Assembly (NCBI GenBank): GCA_018713905.1
Contig: DVOC01000065.1
Location: 1-54,979, forward strand
Reading direction: 5' to 3'
Length of the DNA: 54,979 bases
DNA from: Candidatus Fimimonas merdipullorum
GTDB lineage: Bacteria; Bacillota; Clostridia; Christensenellales; CAG-314
Below, in pieces: positions 33,782 to 43,164 of the stretch. Both the position numbers and the translations under genes were made by a program. A model generated the notes under the pieces. It ran no database searches, was not told the origin of the DNA, and saw only the letters and a program-made list of their open reading frames with translations. The stretch's first letter is position 1. Each line of letters starts with the position of its first letter.

Positions 33782-34223
33782 ACGTTTTCCCCCTTGTAGG
33801 TTTTACACGGTTAGTATATCATATACGAAGGACTTTTTGTTAAAAAATGAAAAAGGGAGTTTGCGTTTCTCTTTTGACGGACAAGTTGTCGACTGCGAGG
33901 GCGGCGAGGTTTTTCGAGAAGGCCTACGGCCGCTTTTTGCCCGAAAAGGGTGCGCGGCAAAAACGTGCTTTGGCGCTTTGCAAGGGGCGCTTTACGCCCT
34001 TTGACGGGAGTGCCGCAGTTGCAGCGCAAAGGCAAAACACAAAAATATTACCGCCCGCGCCGCGGCATTGAAACAGCCTGCCGCGCATACGAAAACCGCC
34101 GCGGAACACGGCAAGCCGCAATGAGCACGTGAAATTTTCCGAGTTTTGTGCCCGCCCTCTGCCGCTTGACGCAAAAATCGTACCCGTCGATACGGACGGC
34201 GTTTTCTCCGATTGCTTCACCTC

Positions 34224-34250
34224 AAAACAAAACCCCGCAAAAAGCGGGGC
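34224..34250 (-). terminator. Rho-independent terminator of the PH-domain/GrpB gene pair
   Basis: CCCCGC-TTTTT-GCGGGG hairpin (34233-34250) followed on the minus strand by TTTTGTTTTG. Confidence 0.6.
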
Positions 34251-34275
34251 TAAAATACGATATGGGGCGCAGGCG

Positions 34276-34800
34276 TCAACGTTTTTCGCAGTCGTAGTAT
34301 TGCAATGCTTTTCTTTCCAGCTCCGTCACAAACTGCGCCTTGCCGTCGCAATAGCTTTGTATGTCGTAGGGAAACTGCGCGGCCAGACGCTTTTTCAGCT
34401 GCGCATAGGCGCTTGCTTCGTCGGGGTGGGTGCGCAGATAGTCCCTTACGGCAAGGTGACGGCAGACGTTTTGCCTGTCGGAAACGTGAAATACGTGCAC
34501 CTGATGGGTGCGCTCGTCGCCCCCTTTGCGCATATACCTTCTGCCCTTTATGCCAAATTCGCCAAGATACTCGTAGCCTGTCTGTTCAAACGCGCCTTTT
34601 ACTTCGTCCACAGCAGACAAGCTGTACACCACCGGCATGACGTCTATTATCGGCTTGGCGGCAAGTCCGTCTACGGCGGTGGAGCCTATGTGATATATTT
34701 CTGCGGCGTTATCCCCTAAAATTGACGCTATGAGCCTTTTTTCCTCTTCAAAAAGCTTTTCCCAGCGGGGGTCGTACTCTGTAACCGTTACGTGCTGCAT
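34276..34800 (-). CDS. GrpB family (UPF0157) protein
   Basis: MQHVTVTEYDPRWEKLFEEEKRLI...IYHIGSTAVDGLAAKPIIDVM... is a typical GrpB nucleotidyltransferase-like domain. The ATG overlaps the upstream stop (TAATG). The rest of the 368-aa ORF-track model overlaps the PH-domain gene and is rejected. Confidence 0.85.
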   Translation of the reverse strand: MQHVTVTEYDPRWEKLFEEEKRLIASILGDNAAEIYHIGSTAVDGLAAKPIIDVMPVVYSLSAVDEVKGAFEQTGYEYLGEFGIKGRRYMRKGGDERTHQVHVFHVSDRQNVCRHLAVRDYLRTHPDEASAYAQLKKRLAAQFPYDIQSYCDGKAQFVTELERKALQYYDCEKR

Positions 34801-35465
34801 TACTTTGTGCCGTCCTTGAACCCTTTGTCGTCCGGCGTATAGCGCGTTTCGTAGCCGCGGTTGACGTCGGGGCGCAGTTCGTTGGGGAAATAGGTGTCCG
34901 TCTTTATGTCGTGCACCACCTTTTGCAGTGCCGTTGCCACCTCGTAGGGCTTTTCCACGTCCCACAGCACCTGCGCCTTGAAGGTGCCTGTGATGTAGAT
35001 ATCCCCCACTTTGAATATTTTGTCCGAAAGCCCCACCCTCACGTTGACGTTGGACACGTCGGCGTAGTAGATGTTTACCACGTCCACGCCTATTACGCCG
35101 CTTTTGATTATTATGCGGGAATCGGTGAATACGTATTCGGTGTTCTGCTGGCGCTTTGCCGCGGTCAAGACGTTGTACAGCCATATCCACACGGGAGTAA
35201 GGTGCAGAACGAAAAATACCGCGATCGCCACAAGTAGGGGAACGGGTATTTCCTTTACCGCCCCCGTGGCAAACATTATGGCAATAAAAGCCGAATCGAA
35301 AATAAGCCAGATGACGGCAAAGGGCAGCATGCGGAACACCTGCGACATTATGAAGGCTTTTTTGTTGGGTTTGCCCCGCCACACCACCTGCTCGTTTTCC
35401 GACAGCATGTTTTCTACGTCGTAGGGCTGGCTTTCGCCGAAATATCTTTCATCGAACTTCGCCAT
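34800..35465 (-). CDS. Membrane protein with bacterial PH domain (bPH_2, YdbS/YdbT-like)
   Basis: Two TM helices followed by EYVFTDSRIIIKSGVIGVDVVNIYYADVSNVNV, the hallmark of PF03703-type proteins. Start set to ATG 35465 (AAGGAGGAAACAGCC upstream). Confidence 0.7.
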   Translation of the reverse strand: MAKFDERYFGESQPYDVENMLSENEQVVWRGKPNKKAFIMSQVFRMLPFAVIWLIFDSAFIAIMFATGAVKEIPVPLLVAIAVFFVLHLTPVWIWLYNVLTAAKRQQNTEYVFTDSRIIIKSGVIGVDVVNIYYADVSNVNVRVGLSDKIFKVGDIYITGTFKAQVLWDVEKPYEVATALQKVVHDIKTDTYFPNELRPDVNRGYETRYTPDDKGFKDGTK

Positions 35466-35785
35466 GGCTGTTTCCTCCTTGAATAAATTTACCAAATATC
35501 GCCGCCGTTGTCAATAGGGAAAGGCTTTTGGCAGGGGAAGATTGACGAGAAGCAAAAATACCTGCGCCTTGCGTCGCTTACTGCCCGCGCGCTTTTTGCC
35601 CGCGCCCGTTTACTTGCCCTTTGCCCAAACGCACGGAAGCTTTGAAAAAAGCCGCACAAACAAGCGTAATGCGGCGGCAGGTTCATCGCCTTGCCGCATT
35701 TGCGCCACAAGCGCTACGCACATGATTCTGCGGTTAAGCAAGCACGTTGCTTTGTCACAATACGCCGCCTTTGCGTTTTTACGGC

Positions 35786-35814
35786 TTGCAACGCAGCAAA
35801 ATATGTATTATAAT
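35786..35814 (+). promoter_or_regulatory. Promoter of the NCS2 permease gene (TTGCAA-17-TATAAT)
   Basis: TTGCAA 35786-35791, 17-nt spacer, TATAAT 35809-35814. GGAGAAAGG RBS before ATG 35840. The leader is too short for a riboswitch. Confidence 0.5.
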
Positions 35815-35839
35815 GTAAGAAAACGGTTGGAGAAAGGTA

Positions 35840-37255
35840 ATGAAAGGTTTTTTTGCCGATTTGGGAAGAGGGATAACCTCGGTGTTCAGAAAAGGAGGCA
35901 ACCTGTTCGAATCGGACGGCATACCCCCTTTGGGCAAAGCCATACCCTTCGGAATACAGCATATTTTGGCAATGTTCGTCGCAAACGTGACGCCTATACT
36001 TATCGTGCTGGAAAGCTTGGGACTGCAAAACAGCGACGTCGCCACGCAGGCAATGCTGGGAGCGTTGTTTATGGCGGGGCTGGGCACGGCAATGCAGCTG
36101 CTGATGGGCGCAAGGCTACCCATAGTGATAGGCACCTCCTTTACCTTTGTGGGAGTGTTCTGCACGGTGGGCGCTTCGGCAGGGGGCGGCGAAGCGGGAT
36201 ACTACACCATTTTGGGCTCGGTGCTGGCGGGCGGACTTATTTCCACCTTTTTGTGCCTGTTCGTCAGATGGTGGGGAAAGCTGATAAAGCCCGTGGTGCC
36301 CTGCGTGGTGGTGTTTGCCATCGGTCTTAGCCTGCTCAACAGCGGCGCGACGCAGTTCATAGGGGGAGAGGGAGCGCTTGCGCAGACGCAGCTGCCCTAC
36401 TTTGTCTATCCCTTGGTGGCGGCGGCTACGCTGGCGGCGGCTTTGCTGTGGCAGCTTTTGGCAAAGGGGGTATGGAAAAACCTCAACGTGGTGTTCGGCA
36501 TAGCGGTAGGCTACCTTATTTGCCTGTGCATACCCGGCATGATAGATTTTTCCGCCGTGACGGTGACGGGAGTAGAGGACGTGATAACCTATCCCCACCT
36601 TGCCGACGTGACCAAAATGAAGTTTGAGGCGGTGCCCATTGCCCTGACGACGGCGTACTTTTTGATGTCTGTGGTGGAGGGCATAGGGGACTGCACCGCT
36701 CTTTGCACCGACGTGCTGGGCAGGCAGCCCACTACCCGCGAAATCACCGGCACGGTGGTGACGGACGGATTCAATTCGGTGCTGTGCAGCCTGTTCGGGG
36801 CGCTGCCGCTGACCACCTTTGCGCAAAATGTGGGAATAGTCACCCAGACGAAGGTGGTAAACCGCTTTACGGTGCTTATAGGCGCCATTTTGCTGCTGCT
36901 TGTGTCGCTGTTTCCCGTGGCGGCAAACGTGCTGCTTACCATTCCGCAATGCGTGCTGGGCGGCGCAATGGTGATACTGTTCGGATCCATTGCCGTGGTG
37001 GGCATAAAAATGTTTGCCAAGGCGGGCTTTTCGCAAAAGAACGTGCTGATACTTTCCCTGTCGCTGTGCCTCGGCTTCGGTATAACGCTGGTGCCGCAGT
37101 TTTTTGAATATCTGCGCTCGGCAGGGCTGAACAACCTTGCGGATATGCTGTCCAACAACGTGCTGAATATGTTTGTGATAGCCTTTGTGCTGTCGTGGGT
37201 GCTGCCCGACGACATGGATATATCCTTTAAGCGCAAAAAGCAAGGGGAAGAATAA
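35840..37255 (+). CDS. Nucleobase:cation symporter-2 (xanthine/uracil permease) family transporter
   Basis: GKAIPFGIQHILAMFVANVTPILI and TTFAQNVGIVTQTKVVNR blocks typical of NCS2; 471 aa with about 13 hydrophobic segments. Confidence 0.9.
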   Translation: MKGFFADLGRGITSVFRKGGNLFESDGIPPLGKAIPFGIQHILAMFVANVTPILIVLESLGLQNSDVATQAMLGALFMAGLGTAMQLLMGARLPIVIGTSFTFVGVFCTVGASAGGGEAGYYTILGSVLAGGLISTFLCLFVRWWGKLIKPVVPCVVVFAIGLSLLNSGATQFIGGEGALAQTQLPYFVYPLVAAATLAAALLWQLLAKGVWKNLNVVFGIAVGYLICLCIPGMIDFSAVTVTGVEDVITYPHLADVTKMKFEAVPIALTTAYFLMSVVEGIGDCTALCTDVLGRQPTTREITGTVVTDGFNSVLCSLFGALPLTTFAQNVGIVTQTKVVNRFTVLIGAILLLLVSLFPVAANVLLTIPQCVLGGAMVILFGSIAVVGIKMFAKAGFSQKNVLILSLSLCLGFGITLVPQFFEYLRSAGLNNLADMLSNNVLNMFVIAFVLSWVLPDDMDISFKRKKQGEE

Positions 37256-37304
37256 CTCCCCTTGCGCCAAAAGCCCTATACCGCAAGGCGTGGGCAACGC
37301 CGCT

Positions 37305-37345
37305 ACAAAAAAAGAACTTTATCCCGCGATAAAGTTCTTTTTTTC
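37305..37345. terminator. Bidirectional terminator between the convergent NCS2 permease and dxs genes
   Basis: 13-bp perfect stem AAAGAACTTTATC-CCGC-GATAAAGTTCTTT with an A-run upstream and a T-run downstream. Confidence 0.7.
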
Positions 37346-37514
37346 AACTGTTTTTTACGTGTTTTGCGGCTACGCACGAGGGTTTCGGCATGCGCAGCTT
37401 AACGGCAACGCACGAAGGGTTTACTCCGTGTGCGAATTTGCGGCACGGATGTAGTTTTTGTACCGTGCGCAAAAATTACCGTGACGTATGCGGTTTTTTT
37501 GTGACGGGCGGCAA

Positions 37515-39257
37515 TTACGCTTTGAAGTCCGATATATAGGCGGCTATCTGTTCTGCCGTAAGTCCGTTACGGGCAAGCAACTCGTCGGGGATAAAATCTC
37601 CGAAGAAGGATTTTTCCAGACCGAAGTTTTTGACCTTGACGTCTTTGTCCCCCAGCAGGGACGCCACCTTTTGCCCGTAGCCGCCGTCCAGAATACCCTC
37701 CTCGACGGTGACGATGAGGCTGTGCGTTTCAGCAAGCTCGTTAAGCAGTTTTTCGTCCACCGACGTGAGGCATACGGGGTTTACCAGAGTGGCGTGCACA
37801 CCCTTTTGCGCCAACAGCTCCGCCGCCTGCTCCGCCGTGCGGTACATACTGCCGACGGCAAGAATGGCTACTCCGCTGCCTTTTTTTGTCACCACGCTGC
37901 GCTGTGCCGAATAGTCCGTCGCCACAAAGCTGCCGTGATAAACCTTGGCGGGTACGCGAATCGCCACCGAACGCTGCGTCTGATCTATCGCCCAGTCCAG
38001 CATGGCAAGGTATTCCTCGACGCAGGTGGGGGCAAGATACAGCAAGTTGGGAATGTTGGAAAGCTCCGCCACGTCGTAAAGTCCGTTGTGCGTCGCACCG
38101 CCCATACCGTAGACGCTGTCCCAGAAGGACAAAATTACGGCGGGGTTGTTGTCTAATGCCAGATCCTGATGCAGTTGATCGAAGCTGCGCTGCAAAAAGG
38201 AGCCGAACACGGCGTAGACGGGTTTTGCCCCGCCCTTTGCCGCGCCTGAGGCAAAAGCCACGGCGTGCTCCTCCGCAATGCCCACGTCCACAAAATTTTT
38301 GCCCATTGCCTCGCGACGAGGAGCGTCCAACGCCAGCACGGCGGGAGTGCCCGACGAAATGACGAACACGCTTTTGTCCGACGCTATTTTGTTTTGCAAA
38401 TAATCTCTCGTTATGGAGTTGTAGCTTTCCTCGGGGGCTTTGAGCATTTCTCCCGTCTGCAAGCAGAAGGGCCCGCAGGAGTGGAATTTTTCCGTATTCT
38501 GCTCGGCGGGAGGGTAGCCCTTGCCCTTTTGAGTGTGCAGGTGAACCGCCACGGGGCGAGAGCAGTCCTTTATCTTGCGGAAAAGGTTGACCAGCCTGTT
38601 GACGTCGTTGCCCTCTTCCTCGTAGAGGTAGTCCAGCCCCAAAGCCAAAAACATATTATGCTTGGCTTTGCCCTTTGTGCGGCGCAGCTCGCCAAGGTTT
38701 TTGGCGTAGCCGCCGTGATTTTCCGCAATGGACATTTCGTTGTCGTTGATGACGGCGATAAAGTTTGTGCCCTGCTCGGCAATATTGTTAAGTCCCTCGT
38801 ACGCCTCGCCTCCGGAAAGGGAGCCGTCCCCCACCACAGCCACCACGTTGTGTTTTTGCCCCAACAGGTCGCGCGCCTTTGCCAGCCCGCAGGCAAGGGA
38901 AAGGGCGGTGGAGGTGTGCCCCACCGTGAACAGGTCGTACGCACTTTCCGACGGATTGGTAAAGCCGTTGGCCTGACCGTAGCACTGCTCGTACAAAAAA
39001 GCCTGCTTGCGCCCCGTGAGCATTTTGTGGGTGTAGCACTGATGAGAAACGTCGAATACTATTTTGTCCTGCGGGGCGTCGAAAACGTAGTGAAGCGCCA
39101 CCGTCAGCTCCACCGCACCGAGGTTGGGACCGGCATGACCGCCCTTTTTGCTCAGCCTTTGCAACAGAGCCGTGCGAATTTCCTCGCACAACGACGGAAG
39201 ATCCTTGCGACGCAGTTTTTTGACATCCTTCGGACTGTTTATTTTTTCCAGAAACAT
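37515..39257 (-). CDS. dxs: 1-deoxy-D-xylulose-5-phosphate synthase family protein (short, 580 aa)
   Basis: GGHAGPNLGAVELTVALHYVF, VGHTSTALSLACGLA and the ThDP motif VGDGSLSGGEAYEGLNN. It is somewhat shorter than canonical DXS, so a DXS-like transketolase paralogue cannot be excluded. Confidence 0.75.
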   Translation of the reverse strand: MFLEKINSPKDVKKLRRKDLPSLCEEIRTALLQRLSKKGGHAGPNLGAVELTVALHYVFDAPQDKIVFDVSHQCYTHKMLTGRKQAFLYEQCYGQANGFTNPSESAYDLFTVGHTSTALSLACGLAKARDLLGQKHNVVAVVGDGSLSGGEAYEGLNNIAEQGTNFIAVINDNEMSIAENHGGYAKNLGELRRTKGKAKHNMFLALGLDYLYEEEGNDVNRLVNLFRKIKDCSRPVAVHLHTQKGKGYPPAEQNTEKFHSCGPFCLQTGEMLKAPEESYNSITRDYLQNKIASDKSVFVISSGTPAVLALDAPRREAMGKNFVDVGIAEEHAVAFASGAAKGGAKPVYAVFGSFLQRSFDQLHQDLALDNNPAVILSFWDSVYGMGGATHNGLYDVAELSNIPNLLYLAPTCVEEYLAMLDWAIDQTQRSVAIRVPAKVYHGSFVATDYSAQRSVVTKKGSGVAILAVGSMYRTAEQAAELLAQKGVHATLVNPVCLTSVDEKLLNELAETHSLIVTVEEGILDGGYGQKVASLLGDKDVKVKNFGLEKSFFGDFIPDELLARNGLTAEQIAAYISDFKA

Positions 39258-39700
39258 TACTTTTCTCCTTTCGGCAAAGCCTTGAAACAGCGCATTTTTG
39301 CCTTTTGGCGAAAATACGCATTATATTATACCATATATTGAAGGGAAAATCAGCAAATAATTGAAATTTACGGGATAAAGGGCTAAATTTTTTGCCGTGC
39401 AAAACGGAAAGGCGATTTCGGACTGTTTTGTGCAAAGGTCAGAGAAAGGGAGCAAGCGTTTTTTTGCGCAGAGGAGCACGCAAACAATTTTGCGTAAAGG
39501 ACGGCGAAAGGCTATCTTTTGCCGTGACAGGCTTTTTGAGTAATACAAAGCTTTTGCATTTTTCCTCTTTGTTTTGTCACCGTCGTACGAACCGTTGTTG
39601 CGGACATCGCACTTGACGCAATAAGCGCGGCTCGGCATTGCCTTTGCGTTCGGGTGAGCCGTGAAGGCGGGGCGTTGCGCCTGACAACGTAATTCACCGC

Positions 39701-39732
39701 AAAAAAAAGCAGGTTCCGTTGCGAACCTGCTT
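39701..39732 (-). terminator. Rho-independent terminator of the feo operon
   Basis: AGCAGGTTC-GCAAC-GGAACCTGCT hairpin (minus-strand reading) followed by TTTTTTTT, 8 nt after the stop of the Cys-rich ORF. Confidence 0.7.
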
Positions 39733-39739
39733 TAACGTT

Positions 39740-39895
39740 TTATTTCTTTTTTGCCTTGCTGCACGCCGAACAGGCGGCGCAGGAAGCGCAGTCGCAGCTG
39801 CAACCCCCTTTGCGCCTGCGTATGACGGCGGCGGCTATTGCTCCCGCCACCACGGCCACGCAGCATACTATGAGTATTATTTCCGCTGCTCCCAT
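39740..39895 (-). CDS. FeoB-associated Cys-rich small membrane protein (51 aa)
   Basis: MGAAEIILIVCCVAVVAGAIAAAVIRRRKGGCSCDCASCAACSACSKAKKK: one TM helix plus a C-terminal Cys cluster. The ATG overlaps the feoB stop (TAATG). The ORF-track model 39740..39997 is N-terminally over-extended. Confidence 0.7.
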   Translation of the reverse strand: MGAAEIILIVCCVAVVAGAIAAAVIRRRKGGCSCDCASCAACSACSKAKKK

Positions 39896-42207
39896 TATGC
39901 GTAAACCTCCCTTTTGACTGCTTTTTTGTTGCGTAACACTATCACGGCGGTCACTGCGGCGGCGACAGCCAGCCATATGAAGCAGCTCCACCACCACGTG
40001 CCGACGGTGTACACCGCCGTAGCCACAACGTAGCTTGCCGCCAGCCAGAACAGCAGCGTCATGTGATAGCGCTTTTTGCTTTGTAATTCCGCGCCTGCCG
40101 TGCCCACCGCCGCAAAGCAGGGAATGGTGGTCATGTTGAAGGCAATGAAGGAAATGAGCGCGGGTACGGAAATGCCTGTGGCAAGTATCATTGCCTGCAC
40201 CGCGTCTACGCCGTCGGCGGCGGACACGTCCAGACCGCCCAATTCCAGCCCTGCGACCTTAACAAGGCACAGCGCAAGCGTTCCGAAGGTGGCAATGACG
40301 TTTTCCTTGGCGATAAGCCCCGCCACCACCGCCACGCCGAACACCCAGCCGTAGGCGCCCAGCTGACTGCCGAAGCCCATAGGGGTAAACAGCGGCTGCA
40401 CAAGGCTGCTGATCCCTGCCAGAATGCTTTGGTTGACGTCCTCGTCGGCAAGCAGTTGCCAATTGAAAGTGAAGTGGGTAAGCACCCAGATGACTATGGT
40501 GGAGGCAAGAATTATGGTAAACGCCTTTTTAACAAAGTGCTTTGTCTTGTCCCACAGGTGCAGCATAAGGTTTTTGAACTGCGGCGCATGGTAGGCAGGC
40601 AGTTCCATTATGAAGGGAGGCGTTTCCCCCTTCAAAGAGGTGCTGCGCATAAGCAATACCGAAACTATTGCCGTAACTATGCCCAACAGATACATTCCGT
40701 AGGTGATAAGGTCGGCGTTGCCTATACCGAAAAACGCCACTATCGCCCCCGCAACCGCCGTAAGAATGGGCAGCTTTGCCCCGCAGGAGAAGAAGGGGAT
40801 CACCCTTATGGTCGCCGTGCGTTCCTTTTCGTCTGCAAGAGTGCGGGTGTTTATCATAGCGGGTACGGAGCAGCCGAAGCCCATTATCATGGGCATGAAG
40901 GCTCTGCCGGAAAGCCCGAAGCGGCGGAATACCCTGTCCAGAATGAAGGCGATACGCGCCATGTAGCCGCTGTCTTCCAAAATGGAGAAGAACAAAAACA
41001 GCACGAGTATGGGAGGCAGGAAGGACAGCACCGAGCCTAAGCCGTCAATTATACCGCTGTTGATAAGCCCTATTGCCCAATCTTCCATACCGCTGTTTTC
41101 CACCACGCCCTGCAACGCTCCCAGAGCCTCGCCCACCAGCATATCGTTCCAGATATTGTTGATGATTACGCCGGGCGAATACACCACGCCGTCGTAGAGA
41201 CAGGCAAGCCATCTGACGCCGTAGCTTATCGGCTCTCCTTCCGAATCCAGCAGTCCCAGCGTTTCCAGCGTGGGCAGGTTGAATATGCTGCCCAGATACA
41301 AAAAGTTTTCGCTGAAAGTAAGGTGGAACACGGCGAACAGTATCACCAGAAATATGGGAATACCCCATATTTTGTGAGTCAGCACCTTGTCAGCCCTGTC
41401 GGAAGCAGTCGTCTGAAACTTTTGCTGCGACTTGCGCTTTAAGGCGCTTTTGAAGTTGTCGGCTATGTACCTGTAACGCGCGTCCGCCACCAGAGCCTCG
41501 TAGTCGGAGCCGAACGCCGAATGGGGGTGCGCCTGCTGAAATTCCTCTACCATGGCAAGAAGCGAAGGGTGCTCCTTTGTTTCCAGCTCGTCCTTTTCCA
41601 CAAGCTTTACGGCGTGGAACAGCGGGTTGGGCACGTTTTGCCCTTTGAGCGCAATGGTGACGTCCTTGATGAGGTGCGAGAGCTCCGTGTGGGAAAGCAC
41701 CGTGCTGCCAGTGCGCGGACGGCTGCAATATTCGTAGGCGCGGTTCATCAGCTCCGCAAGGCCTTCGCCTTTCAAGGCGGAAATTCTTACGACAGGCACG
41801 CCCAGCGCCTTTTCCAGCTTTTTGTCCTCTATCTCGTCGCCGTTTTTGGTAAGGGCGTCCATCATGTTGAGCGCCACCACTACCGGTACGTCCAGCTCCA
41901 GCAGCTGCGTGGTGAGATACAGGTTGCGTTCCAGATTGGTAACGTCCACCACGTTGATGACGCAGTCGGGCTTTTCGTTGAGCAGATATCCGCGGGCGAT
42001 GACTTCCTCGTCGGTGTAGGGGGAAAGAGAATATATTCCCGGCAAATCTACTACGGAAACGGGCTTAGCGCACTTTTTGTACGTTCCTTCGCGCTTGTCT
42101 ACCGTTACTCCCGGCCAGTTGCCCACGTGCGCCGTAGAGCCTGTAAGGCTGTTGAACAGCGTGGTTTTGCCGCAGTTGGGATTGCCCGCCAATGCAAATT
42201 TAATCAT
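39895..42207 (-). CDS. feoB: Ferrous iron transporter FeoB
   Basis: N-terminal G domain GNPNCGKTTLFNSLTG...VDLPGIYSL and a C-terminal polytopic permease; 770 aa. Confidence 0.95.
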   Translation of the reverse strand: MIKFALAGNPNCGKTTLFNSLTGSTAHVGNWPGVTVDKREGTYKKCAKPVSVVDLPGIYSLSPYTDEEVIARGYLLNEKPDCVINVVDVTNLERNLYLTTQLLELDVPVVVALNMMDALTKNGDEIEDKKLEKALGVPVVRISALKGEGLAELMNRAYEYCSRPRTGSTVLSHTELSHLIKDVTIALKGQNVPNPLFHAVKLVEKDELETKEHPSLLAMVEEFQQAHPHSAFGSDYEALVADARYRYIADNFKSALKRKSQQKFQTTASDRADKVLTHKIWGIPIFLVILFAVFHLTFSENFLYLGSIFNLPTLETLGLLDSEGEPISYGVRWLACLYDGVVYSPGVIINNIWNDMLVGEALGALQGVVENSGMEDWAIGLINSGIIDGLGSVLSFLPPILVLFLFFSILEDSGYMARIAFILDRVFRRFGLSGRAFMPMIMGFGCSVPAMINTRTLADEKERTATIRVIPFFSCGAKLPILTAVAGAIVAFFGIGNADLITYGMYLLGIVTAIVSVLLMRSTSLKGETPPFIMELPAYHAPQFKNLMLHLWDKTKHFVKKAFTIILASTIVIWVLTHFTFNWQLLADEDVNQSILAGISSLVQPLFTPMGFGSQLGAYGWVFGVAVVAGLIAKENVIATFGTLALCLVKVAGLELGGLDVSAADGVDAVQAMILATGISVPALISFIAFNMTTIPCFAAVGTAGAELQSKKRYHMTLLFWLAASYVVATAVYTVGTWWWSCFIWLAVAAAVTAVIVLRNKKAVKREVYA

Positions 42208-42433
42208 TTTTCACCTCCATGGTTATGCAAGCCGCCTCCGTCTTGCGCAAGGTAAGCTCGTAGCCTCTTACCGTCACTTCCAGCGGATCGCCCAGAGGCG
42301 CTTTTTTGCGAAGCAGAATTTCCGCACCGGGCGTTATGCCCATGTCGAAAAGTCTGCGCCTGATTTTGTTTTCGCCGTCTACCGCAGTCACTACCCCGTG
42401 ACTGCCCACGGCAAACTTGTCTAACGTTGTCAT
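42200..42433 (-). CDS. feoA: FeoA family protein (copy 2, proximal to feoB)
   Basis: 77 aa SH3-like FeoA pattern (RRLFDMGITPGAEILLRKKAPLGDPLEVTVRGYELTLRKTEAACI). AAGGAGA RBS. Overlaps the feoB start by 8 nt. Confidence 0.9.
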   Translation of the reverse strand: MTTLDKFAVGSHGVVTAVDGENKIRRRLFDMGITPGAEILLRKKAPLGDPLEVTVRGYELTLRKTEAACITMEVKND

Positions 42434-42490
42434 AGTAGTCTCCTTTTAGTTGTATTAAAGGGCTTGCGCCCTGTTAATCGTTGTGTAACG

Positions 42491-42772
42491 GCACCTGCAA
42501 ATACATTTGAAGCCGACGACAAAAACGTCAGGCATAGGCATATACGCCAGTCGCCCCACCGGCAAGGTGCCACACCGGCAAATACATTTGAAGCCGACGA
42601 CAAAAACGTCAGGCATAGGCATATACGCCGGTCGCCCCACCGGCTAGGTGGCCTCACCGGCTAGGTGCGCCGGCAAAACAACTTAAAGCCGATAGCGTAA
42701 ACGTCGGCAACAAGCATATACGCCACTCGCCCCACCGGCAAGGTGGCCTCACCGGCTAGGTGCGGCAAGGTG
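42491..42772 (+). repeat. Array R3 of the modular repeat family (3 units, 81-95 bp) inside the feo operon
   Basis: Unit starts at 42497, 42578 and 42673 (GCAAAtACAtTTgAAGCCGAcgaCaAAAACGTCaGGCAtAgGCATATACGCCnGTCGCCCCACCGGCAAGGTG plus extra CCTCACCGGCTAGGTG mini-repeats). The first two units are nearly identical. Confidence 0.85.
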
Positions 42773-42977
42773 TGACGAATATTTTGCTGCACAGCTGTCC
42801 GTCCAAAGCCAGCTTGACGCCCTTTACAACGCACACCACGCTGCTGCCCGAGGACACCACCGTCAGCTGCGAATTGAGGGCAATGCCCAGACTTTCCAGA
42901 TAGGTTTTGGTTTTGCCCTCTACCGCCAGCCTGATCACTTTCAAAGTTATTCCCGTGGGTGCTACCGTTAACGGCAT
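42756..42977 (-). CDS. feoA: FeoA family protein (copy 1); last 5 codons and stop lie in repeat array R3
   Basis: 73 aa FeoA-like (LKVIRLAVEGKTKTYLESLGIALNSQLTVVSSGSSVVCVVKGVKLALDGQLCSKIFV). AAGGAGGAATC RBS. The C-terminal TPCRT and the TAG stop are encoded by 42756-42773. Confidence 0.8.
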   Translation of the reverse strand: MPLTVAPTGITLKVIRLAVEGKTKTYLESLGIALNSQLTVVSSGSSVVCVVKGVKLALDGQLCSKIFVTPCRT

Positions 42978-43019
42978 GATTCCTCCTTAAAATCCGAAAC
43001 ATTTTTCGCTTTCGCATTT

Positions 43020-43048
43020 ATGCTACCACCGCGAGAAAATTTTGTCAA
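43020..43048 (-). promoter_or_regulatory. Candidate feo operon promoter (TTGACA-17-TAGCAT)
   Basis: Minus strand: TTGACA (43048-43043), 17-nt spacer, TAGCAT (43025-43020). Confidence 0.4.
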
Positions 43049-43129
43049 ACAAAAATGCGAAACTTTTTTCATATTTTTCTTGTTTTTTTATGCCGCGAGG
43101 AAGCCCGCCGAAACAAAAGGAAAGAGCAT

Positions 43130-43158
43130 TTGCATTTTACGCAAAAAGATAGTATAAT
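43130..43158 (+). promoter_or_regulatory. Promoter of the TetR gene (TTGCAT-17-TATAAT), ATG 6 nt after the -10
   Basis: TTGCAT 43130-43135, 17-nt spacer, TATAAT 43153-43158, then ACGCTT and ATG 43165. No Shine-Dalgarno sequence, so the mRNA is probably leaderless. Confidence 0.5.
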
Positions 43159-43164
43159 ACGCTT

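Noticed and set aside
34801-35382. N-terminal 194 codons of the 368-aa ORF 34276..35382.
   Set aside because: They overlap the bPH-domain membrane-protein gene in another frame and are Arg/Gly/His-rich. The GrpB homology starts at ATG 34800.
35496-35839. Purine or xanthine riboswitch upstream of the NCS2 permease.
   Set aside because: The promoter -10 box lies only about 25 nt before the ATG. No purine-aptamer core (UAUAAUCGCGUGGAUAUGGCACGCAAGUUUCUACCGGGCACCGUAAAUGUCCGACUA-like) is visible on either strand.
42430-42657. ORFs inside the arrays encoding repeated peptides such as PCRWGDRRICLCLTF or VGRLAYLLVADVYAIGFK. Also 31042..31563 (tail), 44444..44653, 44631..44816, 50902..51423 and 52942..53148.
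   Set aside because: The frame and strand differ from array to array. There are no RBSs. The ORFs start and stop within repeat units, and indels between units break the frames. These are a by-product of GC-rich repeats lacking stop codons.
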